Source of the DNA: a virus
Taxonomy: Duplodnaviria; Caudoviricetes
DNA length: 40,808 nucleotides
IMG/VR virus record: IMGVR_UViG_3300032322_001668
Span: 1-40,808 of that record
Strand: one strand, 5' to 3'
Shown in pieces: positions 1 through 8,789 of the stretch (position 1 is its first letter; each line of letters starts with the position of its first letter). The notes below the pieces were generated by a model. It was not told the DNA's origin, did no database searches, and saw nothing but the letters and a program-made list of their open reading frames with translations. The position numbers and the translations under genes were made by a program.

Positions 1-122
1 CCTTTGAGGGTCGAGACGCTGACCCCAAGCTGGCGAGACAGCGCCGCAGCGTTTCCGCCCATCTGATTGTATTGCTTGATCCGTTCACGGAGGATTTGGT
101 CAGACAGAGGAGGGATCGGCAT
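1..122 (-). CDS. N-terminal fragment of an HTH-metallophosphoesterase paralogue (runs off the window edge)
   Basis: Hand translation from ATG at 122 gives MPIPPLSDQILRERIKQYNQMGGNAAALSRQLGVSVSTLK. This is clearly similar to the N-terminus of 34153..35097 (MPLPPLSDELLRERIRQYNQVGSSAAALARSLGLSASTVK). Not in the ORF track because it is truncated. Confidence 0.85.
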   Translation of the reverse strand, partial: MPIPPLSDQILRERIKQYNQMGGNAAALSRQLGVSVSTLK

Positions 123-136
123 TTGTGTCGGCCCTT

Positions 137-544
137 TTACCTTCTGCGAGCTACGCCCTTGACTTTCTCAAAGGTCCTAAAGCCGGCGATGCCGAGCATG
201 CCGAAGGTCAATGACATTAGTGCGTCAGCGTCGAACATGGGCTGGGGAATAGCCACACCGAACATGCCGCCGAGCCACACGACGACCGGGCTGATGACAT
301 ACATGAAGGCGAATGCCAGAGCACAGGACCAGCCGATGGCAGGACGCCAGCCCGCCACGAAGACGGATGCATTGCCCGCCTCTACCTTGTTGATTTCAAC
401 CTGCCCGCGCATTTCCTCGATGGAAGCGGCAAGCAGAGTGGCCTCCGCTTCAAGCTTAGCTTTCTCACGCGCAGCCGGATCAGGAATGCGGTCAACCAGC
501 TTGTCGATGATCGGCCCGATGACGGGGAGAAGCGTTTGGATCAT
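137..544 (-). CDS. 3TM (GTA-type) holin
   Basis: INKVEA..S.FVAGWRPAIGW motif, hydrophobic segments, and C-terminal GMLGIAGFRTFEKVKG typical of this holin family. Confidence 0.85.
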   Translation of the reverse strand: MIQTLLPVIGPIIDKLVDRIPDPAAREKAKLEAEATLLAASIEEMRGQVEINKVEAGNASVFVAGWRPAIGWSCALAFAFMYVISPVVVWLGGMFGVAIPQPMFDADALMSLTFGMLGIAGFRTFEKVKGVARRR

Positions 545-732
545 CAGGGCTTGTCCTTGTTGATCCAGTTCTGAACCGTCTCGGTCTCCCAGATGCGGAT
601 GCCCGTCCAGATAATCGTGAAGATCGCCGCGATGTGGGGCAGCATCCCGGCAAGGCTACCGACGGCAGTCCCGACAGAGACAGCATCGAGGACGTTTTTG
701 GTCGATTCGGGGAGGTTGATGCTGTCCGACAT
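544..732 (-). CDS. small membrane protein, holin-like
   Basis: 62 aa with hydrophobic LPHIAAIFTIIWTGIRIWET; stop overlaps the holin start. Confidence 0.65.
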   Translation of the reverse strand: MSDSINLPESTKNVLDAVSVGTAVGSLAGMLPHIAAIFTIIWTGIRIWETETVQNWINKDKP

Positions 733-736
733 GGCT

Positions 737-895
737 TTACTCCGCAGAAGCGATGGTCAGTTCGCCCGCAGCGACCAGCGCCATGATGGCGGCGTAGTCG
801 CTGTTGGCAGGATCGAGGGGGACGAACGAGGTCACGCCGTTGATGTCAACGCGGATCGACTCAAAAACGTACTGAGCATTTGCGTACATTGTCAT
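737..895 (-). CDS. small tail-fibre-associated (chaperone-like) protein
   Basis: ATG at 895 overlaps the stop of the fibre gene (ATGA); the PLDPANSDY...GELTIA motif is typical of small genes downstream of fibres. Confidence 0.6.
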   Translation of the reverse strand: MTMYANAQYVFESIRVDINGVTSFVPLDPANSDYAAIMALVAAGELTIASAE

Positions 896-2064
896 AGCTC
901 CGATGTGGCAAGCCAGTGAACGCCAGAAGAGCAAGCACCAGAACCTGCATTCCCGGCACCACCCGCATCGTTAAACAGGAAGCCAGAGGTGCCAATGTCA
1001 GTAAGAGCGAACGACGCAGACGAAACGTTGTCCGTCCTTGTATTTCCGGTGTTCCAAGAACTTGCTCGGCTCGCATTTCCAACGTAATCCCAATAGGAAA
1101 GCGTTGGGGCAACCCTCATTTCAGCCGCAAACCGAATCGAAGAGCGACAGTTGAACGTGCCGTTTGCAAGCCCGCCATTCGCGGCATACCCGCCGATAGA
1201 CGTTGTCCCCGGCGCTGTGCCAGTGGGATAACTCTTCTGGCAATAACGCTGGCACATCACCAGTTCTCGCCCGTAATCCCGCCGCTCAAACGGCGTGGCG
1301 GCGGTGCCGACTTCAAGCTGGACGCCGGTGACGTACCAAGTGGCATTGAGAGTGCCGATGATCTGCGTTTGGCCAGTCACGCCCTGTTTGTTCGCGCCGA
1401 CCCATGCGCCAGCCGTTCCTAGAAGGTCCGATCCAGAACCCAAAGAGAAGATGACGATCAAGCCGCGACCGTTGGTGGTGAGCCAAGTGCCGGACGTGTC
1501 TCCGGTAATCGTAACCGTCTTGTATTCCCACGTATCGGCAACGGAAATCGTATACGAAAACGGATACGACCTATCAAACCCGTTGTTGACGATTGCGCCG
1601 CCAAACGTTCCTGTAAGCGAACTGCGAACCCAGAAGGACAGCGTGACGGTTCTTGCCGAAGCAGTGCCCCATGCAAAGTCCGAAACGTTGTACCCCTCGA
1701 TAGGTTGCCTGAAGACGGCATTCTGCGTTGCACTCAACGACGAGTCAGCCGTGGTGATCGTGACTTTCGCCGAGTTCGAAAAACCGGAAGGCGCAGAGGC
1801 ATCCTGTTGAACGGAGAAAACGCCATCTGAGGCGTCGCCGCCTTGCCACCTATCAAGCGTGTAAAGGAAGGCGTCGTTGACGCTGACCGCAGCCCCCGCA
1901 TTGCGCTGATCAATCCGCATGTCGCCATTAAAGATACGGTTCCTCCACGCATAGGAGGACGACGCGACCATCGAGCCCGCGACCGTAGCGTTGCCGCTCG
2001 TGTCCATCGTGATGCCCGTAGCAGCGGACGGGTGGGTGAGGTTGATGGCTTTGATCGTGCTCAC
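892..2064 (-). CDS. tail fibre / receptor-binding protein
   Basis: RNRIFNGDMRIDQRN, TLSFWVRSS and GVQLEVG.ATPFERR..EL..CQRY motifs of a common phage fibre domain; Ser/Thr/Gly-rich. Confidence 0.8.
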   Translation of the reverse strand: MSTIKAINLTHPSAATGITMDTSGNATVAGSMVASSSYAWRNRIFNGDMRIDQRNAGAAVSVNDAFLYTLDRWQGGDASDGVFSVQQDASAPSGFSNSAKVTITTADSSLSATQNAVFRQPIEGYNVSDFAWGTASARTVTLSFWVRSSLTGTFGGAIVNNGFDRSYPFSYTISVADTWEYKTVTITGDTSGTWLTTNGRGLIVIFSLGSGSDLLGTAGAWVGANKQGVTGQTQIIGTLNATWYVTGVQLEVGTAATPFERRDYGRELVMCQRYCQKSYPTGTAPGTTSIGGYAANGGLANGTFNCRSSIRFAAEMRVAPTLSYWDYVGNASRASSWNTGNTRTDNVSSASFALTDIGTSGFLFNDAGGAGNAGSGACSSGVHWLATSEL

Positions 2065-2288
2065 TGTCCGATCTCCTCGGGCGCAGGTTCAGGCTTCACA
2101 GGCACCGGGAGGATTTCGCCGCCCGTGTAGTAGAACTGATCCGCGATCACGTCGTCGGAGCAGTCGGCCCAGAACAGCGGAGGAGCGACCTCGAAGGGAG
2201 CGTCCGCGACTTCCGCGATACGCTCGCCAAGGACACTGCCATCGTAGCTGATGGTCGTTTCGTTGGGAGAAATGAGAGCGTGCTTCAT
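2061..2288 (-). CDS. small tail-fibre-associated protein
   Basis: 75 aa, MKHALISPNE...FEVAPPLFWADC; lies between two fibre genes and overlaps the next start. Confidence 0.65.
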   Translation of the reverse strand: MKHALISPNETTISYDGSVLGERIAEVADAPFEVAPPLFWADCSDDVIADQFYYTGGEILPVPVKPEPAPEEIGQ

Positions 2289-2289
2289 C

Positions 2290-3096
2290 TTACCACTCCA
2301 CGACTACGACGCCAGCAGAGCCAGAGGATCCAGTGGTTGCTGGCGAGGGGCCAGTTCCACCACCGCCACCGCCGCCATAACCACGGCCCGTTTGGGTGTT
2401 TCCGTAATTGGCGTTGACCACCCCATAACCAAACCCCGAAGACGTCCATCCAGCGACATTTAGATCGCCACCACTTCCAATACCACCAGTCGCTGCATTA
2501 CTGCCGAGACCAACAGTATTACCTTCGCCTGAAGAAAGAACGACGCCTCCAGTTCCCGCGGTGCCCCCGGTAGCAGAACAGAAGGCACCAAAAGAGGAGG
2601 TGTTTCCAGAGCTTCCGTTTCCTGCTGGAGTAAGGGTACTGGCACTCGTTGTACTACCCCCACCACCACCAGTACCAACCGTTACAGTGATTACTGAGCC
2701 GGGCGTAAGACCTGTCACAATTTCCTGTGCAGCACCGCCACACGCCCCCCATCCACCACGACCATCGCCGGGGTAACCACCACGGCCGCCGCCACCGCCA
2801 CCCCCTCCACCAACGACAGTGACCTTAGCCTTGGTGATGCCCGCAGGAACGGTCCACGAATCGGAGGACGTGAAGACCTGAATGTTGGAGAAGCCGCCCG
2901 CAATCCCGGTCAGCGCCGAGCCGTTGCCCGAGAAGGAGGTTGCTGTGACGGTGCCCGAGAAGCTCGCGTTGCCAGAGCCATCAGCCGTGACGACGGTGCC
3001 GCTTGCCGCAGGAAGGTTCAGCGTCAGCGCAGAGGCCGTCGCGGGTTCTTGGAGGGTGACGCTGCCGCCGCCGGAGGAGTTGAGGCGCAAACTCAT
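2290..3096 (-). CDS. glycine-rich tail fibre protein
   Basis: N-terminal SGGGSVTLQEPATAS.LTLNLPA anchor; FTSS.SWTVPAG.TKAKVTVVGGGGGG and terminal G..GVVVVEW of glycine-rich fibre domains. Confidence 0.8.
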   Translation of the reverse strand: MSLRLNSSGGGSVTLQEPATASALTLNLPAASGTVVTADGSGNASFSGTVTATSFSGNGSALTGIAGGFSNIQVFTSSDSWTVPAGITKAKVTVVGGGGGGGGGRGGYPGDGRGGWGACGGAAQEIVTGLTPGSVITVTVGTGGGGGSTTSASTLTPAGNGSSGNTSSFGAFCSATGGTAGTGGVVLSSGEGNTVGLGSNAATGGIGSGGDLNVAGWTSSGFGYGVVNANYGNTQTGRGYGGGGGGGTGPSPATTGSSGSAGVVVVEW

Positions 3097-3099
3097 GGA

Positions 3100-3678
3100 T
3101 CAGCCCTTCATGATAAGAATTGTGGCCTGAAGCTGGCCGTAAGCGGCTGTGGGATTGCCTGTATCGCCGCCGAACATGACGGTGTCGGTCGTGTTGCCCT
3201 GCACAAAGAAGTTGAATGTGCCAGTTGAATTAAACGGATTTGACCTGACCTGTTTCAGGTTGATGCCGGAAACAGTGTGAATAAACCAGACGCCAGCAGC
3301 ACTTGCCACGACATTGATGCCAAATCCCCAATCGCTCGCCCCAACCGTTCCTGTCGCTGAGCCTGTGTATCGCAAGCGCAATGAAGCGTGCTGCTGAGCC
3401 CCGCTAACCAGACGCCCCGTTACATGCGCGAAAAAGATCGGCGTCTCACCTGCATTGATGACAACGTTCGAAAAGTTGAGTCCCAAATCAACGAATGTGG
3501 ACCCAGCGACCTGAACGCCCGTCCCGCTCGACGCATAGTAAGCGCGGACGATCCCGCCAGACAGTTGCGTTTCTGTGACCGCATTATTGGCGATTTCAGA
3601 TGTCGTGATAATCCCATCGGGCAGACCGCCCGCCGAGAGTCCAGTGATCGTGCCGCTGCCGTTGATACCGATAGGCAT
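3100..3678 (-). CDS. tail fibre-like virion protein
   Basis: N-terminal INGSGTITGLSAGGLPDG.I anchor and beta-rich C-terminus; within the fibre cluster. Confidence 0.7.
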   Translation of the reverse strand: MPIGINGSGTITGLSAGGLPDGIITTSEIANNAVTETQLSGGIVRAYYASSGTGVQVAGSTFVDLGLNFSNVVINAGETPIFFAHVTGRLVSGAQQHASLRLRYTGSATGTVGASDWGFGINVVASAAGVWFIHTVSGINLKQVRSNPFNSTGTFNFFVQGNTTDTVMFGGDTGNPTAAYGQLQATILIMKG

Positions 3679-3686
3679 CTGTTACC

Positions 3687-4367
3687 TCACACGATGGTCC
3701 AGACCGCGCCGCTGGGCACAGTCACGGTGATACCGGAGTTGATCGAAATCGGACCCGCAGACATGGCGTTGGTGTTCGACGTGAGCGTGTAATCCGTCGT
3801 CACCGTCTGGCCGTTTTCGTAGAAGATCGCGTCGGTGCCACCGCCCTTCGCGCCACCACCGACCGCACCCCACGCCGTGCCGTTGTAACCCTCGAAGCCG
3901 CTCGTCGAGGTATTGAAGCGGAACATGCCCGTCGCCGGGGAACCGCTACGCTGGGCCGTCGTGCCTGTGGGTACCTTGATCTGTCCGGTGCCGGAGAAGG
4001 TACCGTCACCCGTGGCCGAAAGGGTCGTAAACGCACCCGCCGCCGGGGTCGTCCCACCGATGGCCGCGTTGTCGATGGTGCCGCCGCTGACGGTCGGAGA
4101 CGTCAGCGTTTTGTTCGTGAGCGTCTGGGTGGCGCTCAGGGTCACGACCACAGCCGTGTCGATCCCGAGCGTGAGCGACCCAAGGGTCAGACCGGAGCCG
4201 ACGGCGATCTCTTCCGCAACGCCGGTCGCAGCCGTCGTGCGACCCAAGATCCTCGCCGTCGCCATGGTGAGCGCGTGCTCGGCGTTCCAGTTCGACGGCT
4301 GGACGAGCGTCGGATCCGTACCGTCGGCTTTGGCCGATGTGAAGGCGTGTCTGAGAGAGATTGCCAT
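3687..4367 (-). CDS. tail fibre-like virion protein
   Basis: Likely start MAISLRHAF at 4367; TQTLTNKTLTSP, PTGTTAQR..GMFRFNT..FEGYNG and FYENGQTVT.DYT..NAMSAGPI motifs typical of fibre modules. Confidence 0.75.
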   Translation of the reverse strand: MAISLRHAFTSAKADGTDPTLVQPSNWNAEHALTMATARILGRTTAATGVAEEIAVGSGLTLGSLTLGIDTAVVVTLSATQTLTNKTLTSPTVSGGTIDNAAIGGTTPAAGAFTTLSATGDGTFSGTGQIKVPTGTTAQRSGSPATGMFRFNTSTSGFEGYNGTAWGAVGGGAKGGGTDAIFYENGQTVTTDYTLTSNTNAMSAGPISINSGITVTVPSGAVWTIV

Positions 4368-4369
4368 GG

Positions 4370-4786
4370 TCAGGCCACCGTGAAGATGCCGGTCGCGGCG
4401 TTGAAGTCGACCGTGAGGCTTTCGGTGTCCGCCAGCGTGATCGAGGAGCCGTAGTCCCACCACGAGATGAGCGGGTCGCTGGCTGCACTGTCGTTGTAGA
4501 GGACCGCGTAGCGCAGTGGCCCGATGGAGCCGCCCGACGCCGTAAACACGATGTCAGTCGCGGTCGCCTTCGCGGTGCCCGAGGACGTCGACGTAGTGAT
4601 CGTGGTCGTCGCGCCGCCGGCAGTGTAGCCGTTGCCAGCCGAGATTTCGGTCAGATCGGCCTTCACCGTGTTCGTCGCTACCGGGGCGACGTTGGTCAGC
4701 ATCACCTTGAAGACGTGCGCGTCGAAGTCATGGACCCCGTCGATCAGATCCTTGGTGAACTGATTGAATTTGTTGTACGCAGCCAT
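4370..4786 (-). CDS. virion structural protein (tail/baseplate-associated)
   Basis: HDFD..FKVML, EIS.GNGYTAGG and A.LYND...PLI..WDYG motifs seen in phage structural proteins; position in the late operon. Confidence 0.7.
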   Translation of the reverse strand: MAAYNKFNQFTKDLIDGVHDFDAHVFKVMLTNVAPVATNTVKADLTEISAGNGYTAGGATTTITTSTSSGTAKATATDIVFTASGGSIGPLRYAVLYNDSAASDPLISWWDYGSSITLADTESLTVDFNAATGIFTVA

Positions 4787-4789
4787 GAC

Positions 4790-5410
4790 TTACCTCCAGA
4801 TGCGCTGCCGCCCCGAGGCGAAACCCTGCGGGAAGTTCCACCGCTGGCCGCCATAGACGTTTTCGTGAAGAACCTCGGCGCGCGCCCGCTGCATCGCGCC
4901 GCCGAAACGTCGCGTGTGAAGCACGGCCATTCGCTCGGACGAGTAGGGCTTGGCGATCTGCCCCATCATGCGGCCGAGAACGCCGTCCATGATGTCGTCC
5001 ATGTACTTCGCCATGATCCAGTCAGGCACGACGGGGAAGCCATCACGGCGCACCGGATCGGAGATCGTCATCGTGACCCGCGCTTCCATCTCTTTGGCGG
5101 GCTCGGGGTCATGGCGCAGCACGAGCGTGCCGGGGATCGCCATGGACGCCTCGACGTAAAGCTCGCGGACCTCTTCGTCGGCGTAGCGCACCCACATCAA
5201 CCGGACGATCTGCGCAGGTCCGACCGGAGTGAGGTAGTACTCGCGCACGCCGTCGCGCGTCGTGAACTGGATCGTCTCCTGCCAAGCGCAAGAGGTCTTC
5301 AAGAACTCGTCGAGCGTGTTGAACAGTTCGAGCTGCAGCACGCCGTCGAGCGCGCCGGGCAGTTTGATTCGAAGGTTGTCCATCAGTCGGTTGAGATCGG
5401 CGCTCGCCAT
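4790..5410 (-). CDS. head-tail adaptor / tail tubular protein
   Basis: Position after the capsid genes; G.LGRMM..IAKPYS motif; GAGG SD before ATG at 5410. Confidence 0.65.
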   Translation of the reverse strand: MASADLNRLMDNLRIKLPGALDGVLQLELFNTLDEFLKTSCAWQETIQFTTRDGVREYYLTPVGPAQIVRLMWVRYADEEVRELYVEASMAIPGTLVLRHDPEPAKEMEARVTMTISDPVRRDGFPVVPDWIMAKYMDDIMDGVLGRMMGQIAKPYSSERMAVLHTRRFGGAMQRARAEVLHENVYGGQRWNFPQGFASGRQRIWR

Positions 5411-5417
5411 CAGACCC

Positions 5418-5771
5418 TCACGAGGCAATCGTCAGCATCTGGCCGACGAACTTCTGGAGGAACAGGGCGGAGCGGCTGTCAGTCGTGGCTTCATCGTCGC
5501 GAAGCTGCACAAGGCCGCAGACGTAGTAGAGCATCGCCATCCGATACTGAATGTCGATGGCGACGGTCGCGCCGAGCGCGGCGGCCGAGTAGCTCGGGAA
5601 CGTCGAGCGGAAGCTGGAAAGGAAGATGTCGGGGCGCAGGCGGCGGGCTTCCATGAGCCCGTTGTTGAGCGCGTCGACGATGCTGTCAGTCGAGTAGCGG
5701 TACGGCGCGACCTCATCCTGCAGGAGGATGCGGGCCTGTTCGACGTAGTCTTGGACAGTGTCGAGCGCCAT
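5418..5771 (-). CDS. head-tail connector protein
   Basis: ARILLQD...RYS....ALNNG..EARRLRPD motif; directly downstream of the capsid gene. Confidence 0.7.
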   Translation of the reverse strand: MALDTVQDYVEQARILLQDEVAPYRYSTDSIVDALNNGLMEARRLRPDIFLSSFRSTFPSYSAAALGATVAIDIQYRMAMLYYVCGLVQLRDDEATTDSRSALFLQKFVGQMLTIAS

Positions 5772-5794
5772 GCGAAGCCTCTACCTTGGAGGTA

Positions 5795-5820
5795 AGCCCC
5801 CCGGCCGAAACCGGGGGGCT
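5795..5820 (-). terminator. strong hairpin after the major capsid gene (terminator-like, weak U-tract)
   Basis: Perfect 10-bp stem AGCCCCCCGG/CCGGGGGGCT with UUCG-type loop on the minus strand; immediately followed by a TACC-N5-GGTA site. Confidence 0.6.
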
Positions 5821-5827
5821 CGTGGCA

Positions 5828-6817
5828 TCACGCCTTGGTGACGATGGCCTGAGAGATCGCGACGCCGTCGATCACCTTGTAGCCATAGATGTTCACGCCG
5901 CGGAAGATCGTGCCGAAGGTGCTCTCGGAGCGGATCGTCTCCACCTTCGAGAGCTGCGACGCGAAGGTCAGACCGTGGCTGTGGCCCGCGTAGATCACGT
6001 ACTCGCCGGCCGCCAGACCGGCGGGGGTGCCGGCCGGGAGGAGGTTGGAGACGTAGACCGTGAAGCGGTCGATCATGCCGATGCGGCCGTTGCGCAGCGG
6101 CGACACCGAGTCGCCGGTCAGGTAAGCCTGACGCAGCTCCGACTGCTTGAGCATCGTGGCAGCCCACGCGGGGAGCACGATCCAGCGGCCGGTCTCGGGG
6201 ATGTTCTGCTCGTCGAGCACCTGACCCATGCGGAGCAGAACGTCGAGGATCTCGACCTGACCGGCCGTCGGGCTACGCGCCACGGTGGCAAGCGGCGAGG
6301 TCGTCACACCGAGGTTGATCGCGCCGGTGATCGCACCGGCGGTCGCGCCGCGGTTGGCGGCAACACACTGACCAAGAATGCCACCGAGGACGTCGGTGTC
6401 GATCTTGATCTTCATCTGCTCGGAAGCGTCGTCCGCCCACATCGACAGGAGGTTCAGGTCGGCCTGAATCTCCATGACGTCGTCAAGGATCGTCGCGAAG
6501 TACTTACCCTTGTCGATGTTAAGTTCGACGAGGTTGGACGACGGGCGCTGGAACGACAGCGCGCCGTCGGCGCGGTAGTCGTTGATCGCAATCGTCGGCT
6601 TCGTGCGGATCTTGACGCGGTCGCCCTGATTACGGATCTCGCCTTCATAGTCAGTGTTGGCGATGCTCGCGAGGACGGTCGCGGCGTAGAACTTCTCGAT
6701 GAGCTTGCCGGACCAGATTTCGGGAATGAAGACGCCCGAATAGGCCGGGGACGGGGTCGAAGAACCCGTGGGGAAGATCGGCGGGGTAGTGCCTGCACCT
6801 GCTACAGGAAAGGGCAT
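5828..6817 (-). CDS. major capsid protein
   Basis: FIPEIWSGKL..KFY...ANTDYEGEI..QGD.V.I motif, strongly biased codon usage, position after the scaffold gene. Confidence 0.92.
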   Translation of the reverse strand: MPFPVAGAGTTPPIFPTGSSTPSPAYSGVFIPEIWSGKLIEKFYAATVLASIANTDYEGEIRNQGDRVKIRTKPTIAINDYRADGALSFQRPSSNLVELNIDKGKYFATILDDVMEIQADLNLLSMWADDASEQMKIKIDTDVLGGILGQCVAANRGATAGAITGAINLGVTTSPLATVARSPTAGQVEILDVLLRMGQVLDEQNIPETGRWIVLPAWAATMLKQSELRQAYLTGDSVSPLRNGRIGMIDRFTVYVSNLLPAGTPAGLAAGEYVIYAGHSHGLTFASQLSKVETIRSESTFGTIFRGVNIYGYKVIDGVAISQAIVTKA

Positions 6818-6842
6818 GGGAGGGTTTCCTCAAGAAGACTGA

Positions 6843-7898
6843 TTACCGAATGCGCCCATCCCGCGTGGCTTCGAAGATCACCTTCTCTTGCCTGTCCTTG
6901 TCCGCCTCGCGACCCCGGTACTTCCCGGCGTTCACGTCGGCGTAGAACTTCGCAATCTGGGCGCGGGTGATGAGGGGCTTCTCAGCGGGGGCAGTAGTCG
7001 CAGCCGCCGACTTAGCTCTGCCGGGTGCCGAGAACTTGTCCAACGAGACCTTGTTCGGGGCCGGTGCGCCGAGGTCTTGCTGGCTCGTCTCGGGAGCCAC
7101 GGCAGCCTCTTCAGCGAGGAAGCCGTCGAAGAAGGCCAGTACACGAGGGCCGTCGTTGCGCTCGTAAGCCGCCTTCAGCAGTTCATGACGAATAACACCA
7201 GAATACGCGTCTGGCAACTTCAACCAGTCGAGGAACCCTTTATCTCGGTTCAACTCGCGCCACTGAGGCATGCGCTCGTCGAGCTGCGAGAACATGCGCG
7301 ATTTCGCGTCCTGCTCCACATAGTTGCCAACGCCCGCCAAACGCTGCTCAAGCTCTCGAATTTTCTTCTCATACTGCCCGATGACGGGAGCCAGTTCCTC
7401 TTTCGCCTTTTTACCGACGACGGCGAGAAACTCGGAGCCGTAGTCCTGCTCTTCCTCGGGCGTAATGAGGCGCTCAGCGAGCGTCTCGGCCGGAGCTGCA
7501 CCTGCCGCCGGCGGCTGCTGCATCGTCGCGATGACGTTCTGAAGCCCGGCGATCTGGTCGGTAAGATAGCGAATCTGATCCTGAGAGCGGTCGAACCGAC
7601 CCTTCATCGACTTGTAGCGATGCTCCCAGCTCTCGTCGTCTTCGCTTACCTTGGAGGTAGACGCCGTCTTCTGCGTCGTCGAGGCGCTCTGCTCACGCTC
7701 GTCGAGCATGTCCTGCGCGGACGTCTCCGGCGAACCGGAGTTCTGCTGCTCAAACTCTTCGCTCTGCTGTTCAGGTTCTTCGGAAGGCTGCTCGGACTGC
7801 AGCTTGAACATTTCCTCCGACCGGGCGGCTGCGGCCAGTACGGCGGGCGGCAGCTTGAGGTTCGGATCGGGGATGGACGTGGGGGTCGGGTTGATCAC
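6843..7898 (-). CDS. capsid scaffolding protein
   Basis: Acidic, coiled-coil protein with WEHRYKSMKGRF and C-terminal EGRI-like end (DGRIR); GTG start at 7898 after AGGAG SD; directly upstream of the capsid gene. Confidence 0.8.
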   Translation of the reverse strand: MINPTPTSIPDPNLKLPPAVLAAAARSEEMFKLQSEQPSEEPEQQSEEFEQQNSGSPETSAQDMLDEREQSASTTQKTASTSKVSEDDESWEHRYKSMKGRFDRSQDQIRYLTDQIAGLQNVIATMQQPPAAGAAPAETLAERLITPEEEQDYGSEFLAVVGKKAKEELAPVIGQYEKKIRELEQRLAGVGNYVEQDAKSRMFSQLDERMPQWRELNRDKGFLDWLKLPDAYSGVIRHELLKAAYERNDGPRVLAFFDGFLAEEAAVAPETSQQDLGAPAPNKVSLDKFSAPGRAKSAAATTAPAEKPLITRAQIAKFYADVNAGKYRGREADKDRQEKVIFEATRDGRIR

Positions 7899-8134
7899 TT
7901 GCGGCGCTCCTTGATCTGGTCGGCGACTGTGAGACAGGTCTCCGCGAAGTTCAGGAGCGCGACGCAAGCTTGCGCGCGGCCTTGGCAGACGGGGAGCATG
8001 TTCAGCGGCGACGAGACGACATTGTCGCGTTGGGTATCGGTGTAAGCGCGCAGAGCGCCGAGAAACCGTTCCCAGTTCTCGGGGCTCGTGCGGGCCATTT
8101 CAGCAAAGGCTTTAATAAGTTCGCGGTCGGCCAC
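7895..8134 (-). CDS. hypothetical protein (head module)
   Basis: 79 aa, QGRAQA motif common in small genes between portal and scaffold; stop overlaps the scaffold start. Confidence 0.65.
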   Translation of the reverse strand: MADRELIKAFAEMARTSPENWERFLGALRAYTDTQRDNVVSSPLNMLPVCQGRAQACVALLNFAETCLTVADQIKERRK

Positions 8135-8138
8135 GAAC

Positions 8139-8324
8139 TCACCGCATCAGAATGGCGAAGAGGTCGAGCTGCTCGGGAGCCTTGGCTCCCTTCTTGTACT
8201 CGTTCCGACGACGGTTCATCGGATCGCCGGGAGTGATGTTCTCCATACGGTACATGACGCCGGTCTCGGACTTGGAGTCCTTGTCCTTCGTCTTGACCGT
8301 TTCGGTCTTGTAAGCGGGTTTCAT
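8139..8324 (-). CDS. small basic hypothetical protein
   Basis: ATG at 8324 overlaps the upstream stop; Lys-rich, 61 aa. Confidence 0.55.
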   Translation of the reverse strand: MKPAYKTETVKTKDKDSKSETGVMYRMENITPGDPMNRRRNEYKKGAKAPEQLDLFAILMR

Positions 8325-8581
8325 CGGCTGCCTCCAAAGTACTTGTACGCCCCAAGGGCCATGAACCCGAGTATCCCAAGCGTTATCCACTTAATGATGG
8401 TCTCGGTCGTAGCGCGCTTCACCGAGCGCCAATCGTCGATCAGCGCTCGGAGGTCTCGAATATCCTTGCCGGCATACTCGTCATGAAGTCCAACGCTTTC
8501 GAGGGCGCGACGAGCGCCGGCCTCGGCAGCTTGCTCAAGAAGTGCTCTGAACCGAGCTTCGTCCGCGTCCTCGATGACCAT
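8321..8581 (-). CDS. DUF6127-like membrane-anchored protein
   Basis: AAE.GARRAL..VGL.DE.A.KDIRDLR.L.D.WR motif followed by a C-terminal TM helix. Confidence 0.75.
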   Translation of the reverse strand: MVIEDADEARFRALLEQAAEAGARRALESVGLHDEYAGKDIRDLRALIDDWRSVKRATTETIIKWITLGILGFMALGAYKYFGGSR

Positions 8582-8589
8582 GCCAGACC

Positions 8590-8784
8590 TCAGTAACCCT
8601 TTTTGGCCTTCATGGCCTTCATCTTCGCCATCATCTCGGGCGGCATCATCTTGCCCCCCTTCTTGGCGGCGACGGCCTTGTTGGTCTTCATCGGCTCGAC
8701 ACTCTTGCCGGTCGACATGACCTTGGACTTACCCGTCATCATCTTGCCCTTCATGGCCTTGTTCCTTTCGCAGTTGCAGCCCAT
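8590..8784 (-). CDS. small Lys/Met-rich protein
   Basis: 64 aa, low complexity, highly basic; in operon order. Confidence 0.6.
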   Translation of the reverse strand: MGCNCERNKAMKGKMMTGKSKVMSTGKSVEPMKTNKAVAAKKGGKMMPPEMMAKMKAMKAKKGY

Positions 8785-8789
8785 TCGAA

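Noticed and set aside
1-122. Terminal direct repeat or circular overlap with 34976-35097
   Set aside because: The sequences differ at many positions and the flanks are unrelated, so they are paralogues rather than an identical repeat.
737-4367. Diversity-generating retroelement or invertible tail-fibre system
   Set aside because: No reverse transcriptase, invertase, template/variable repeat pair or inverted recombination sites were seen in the window.
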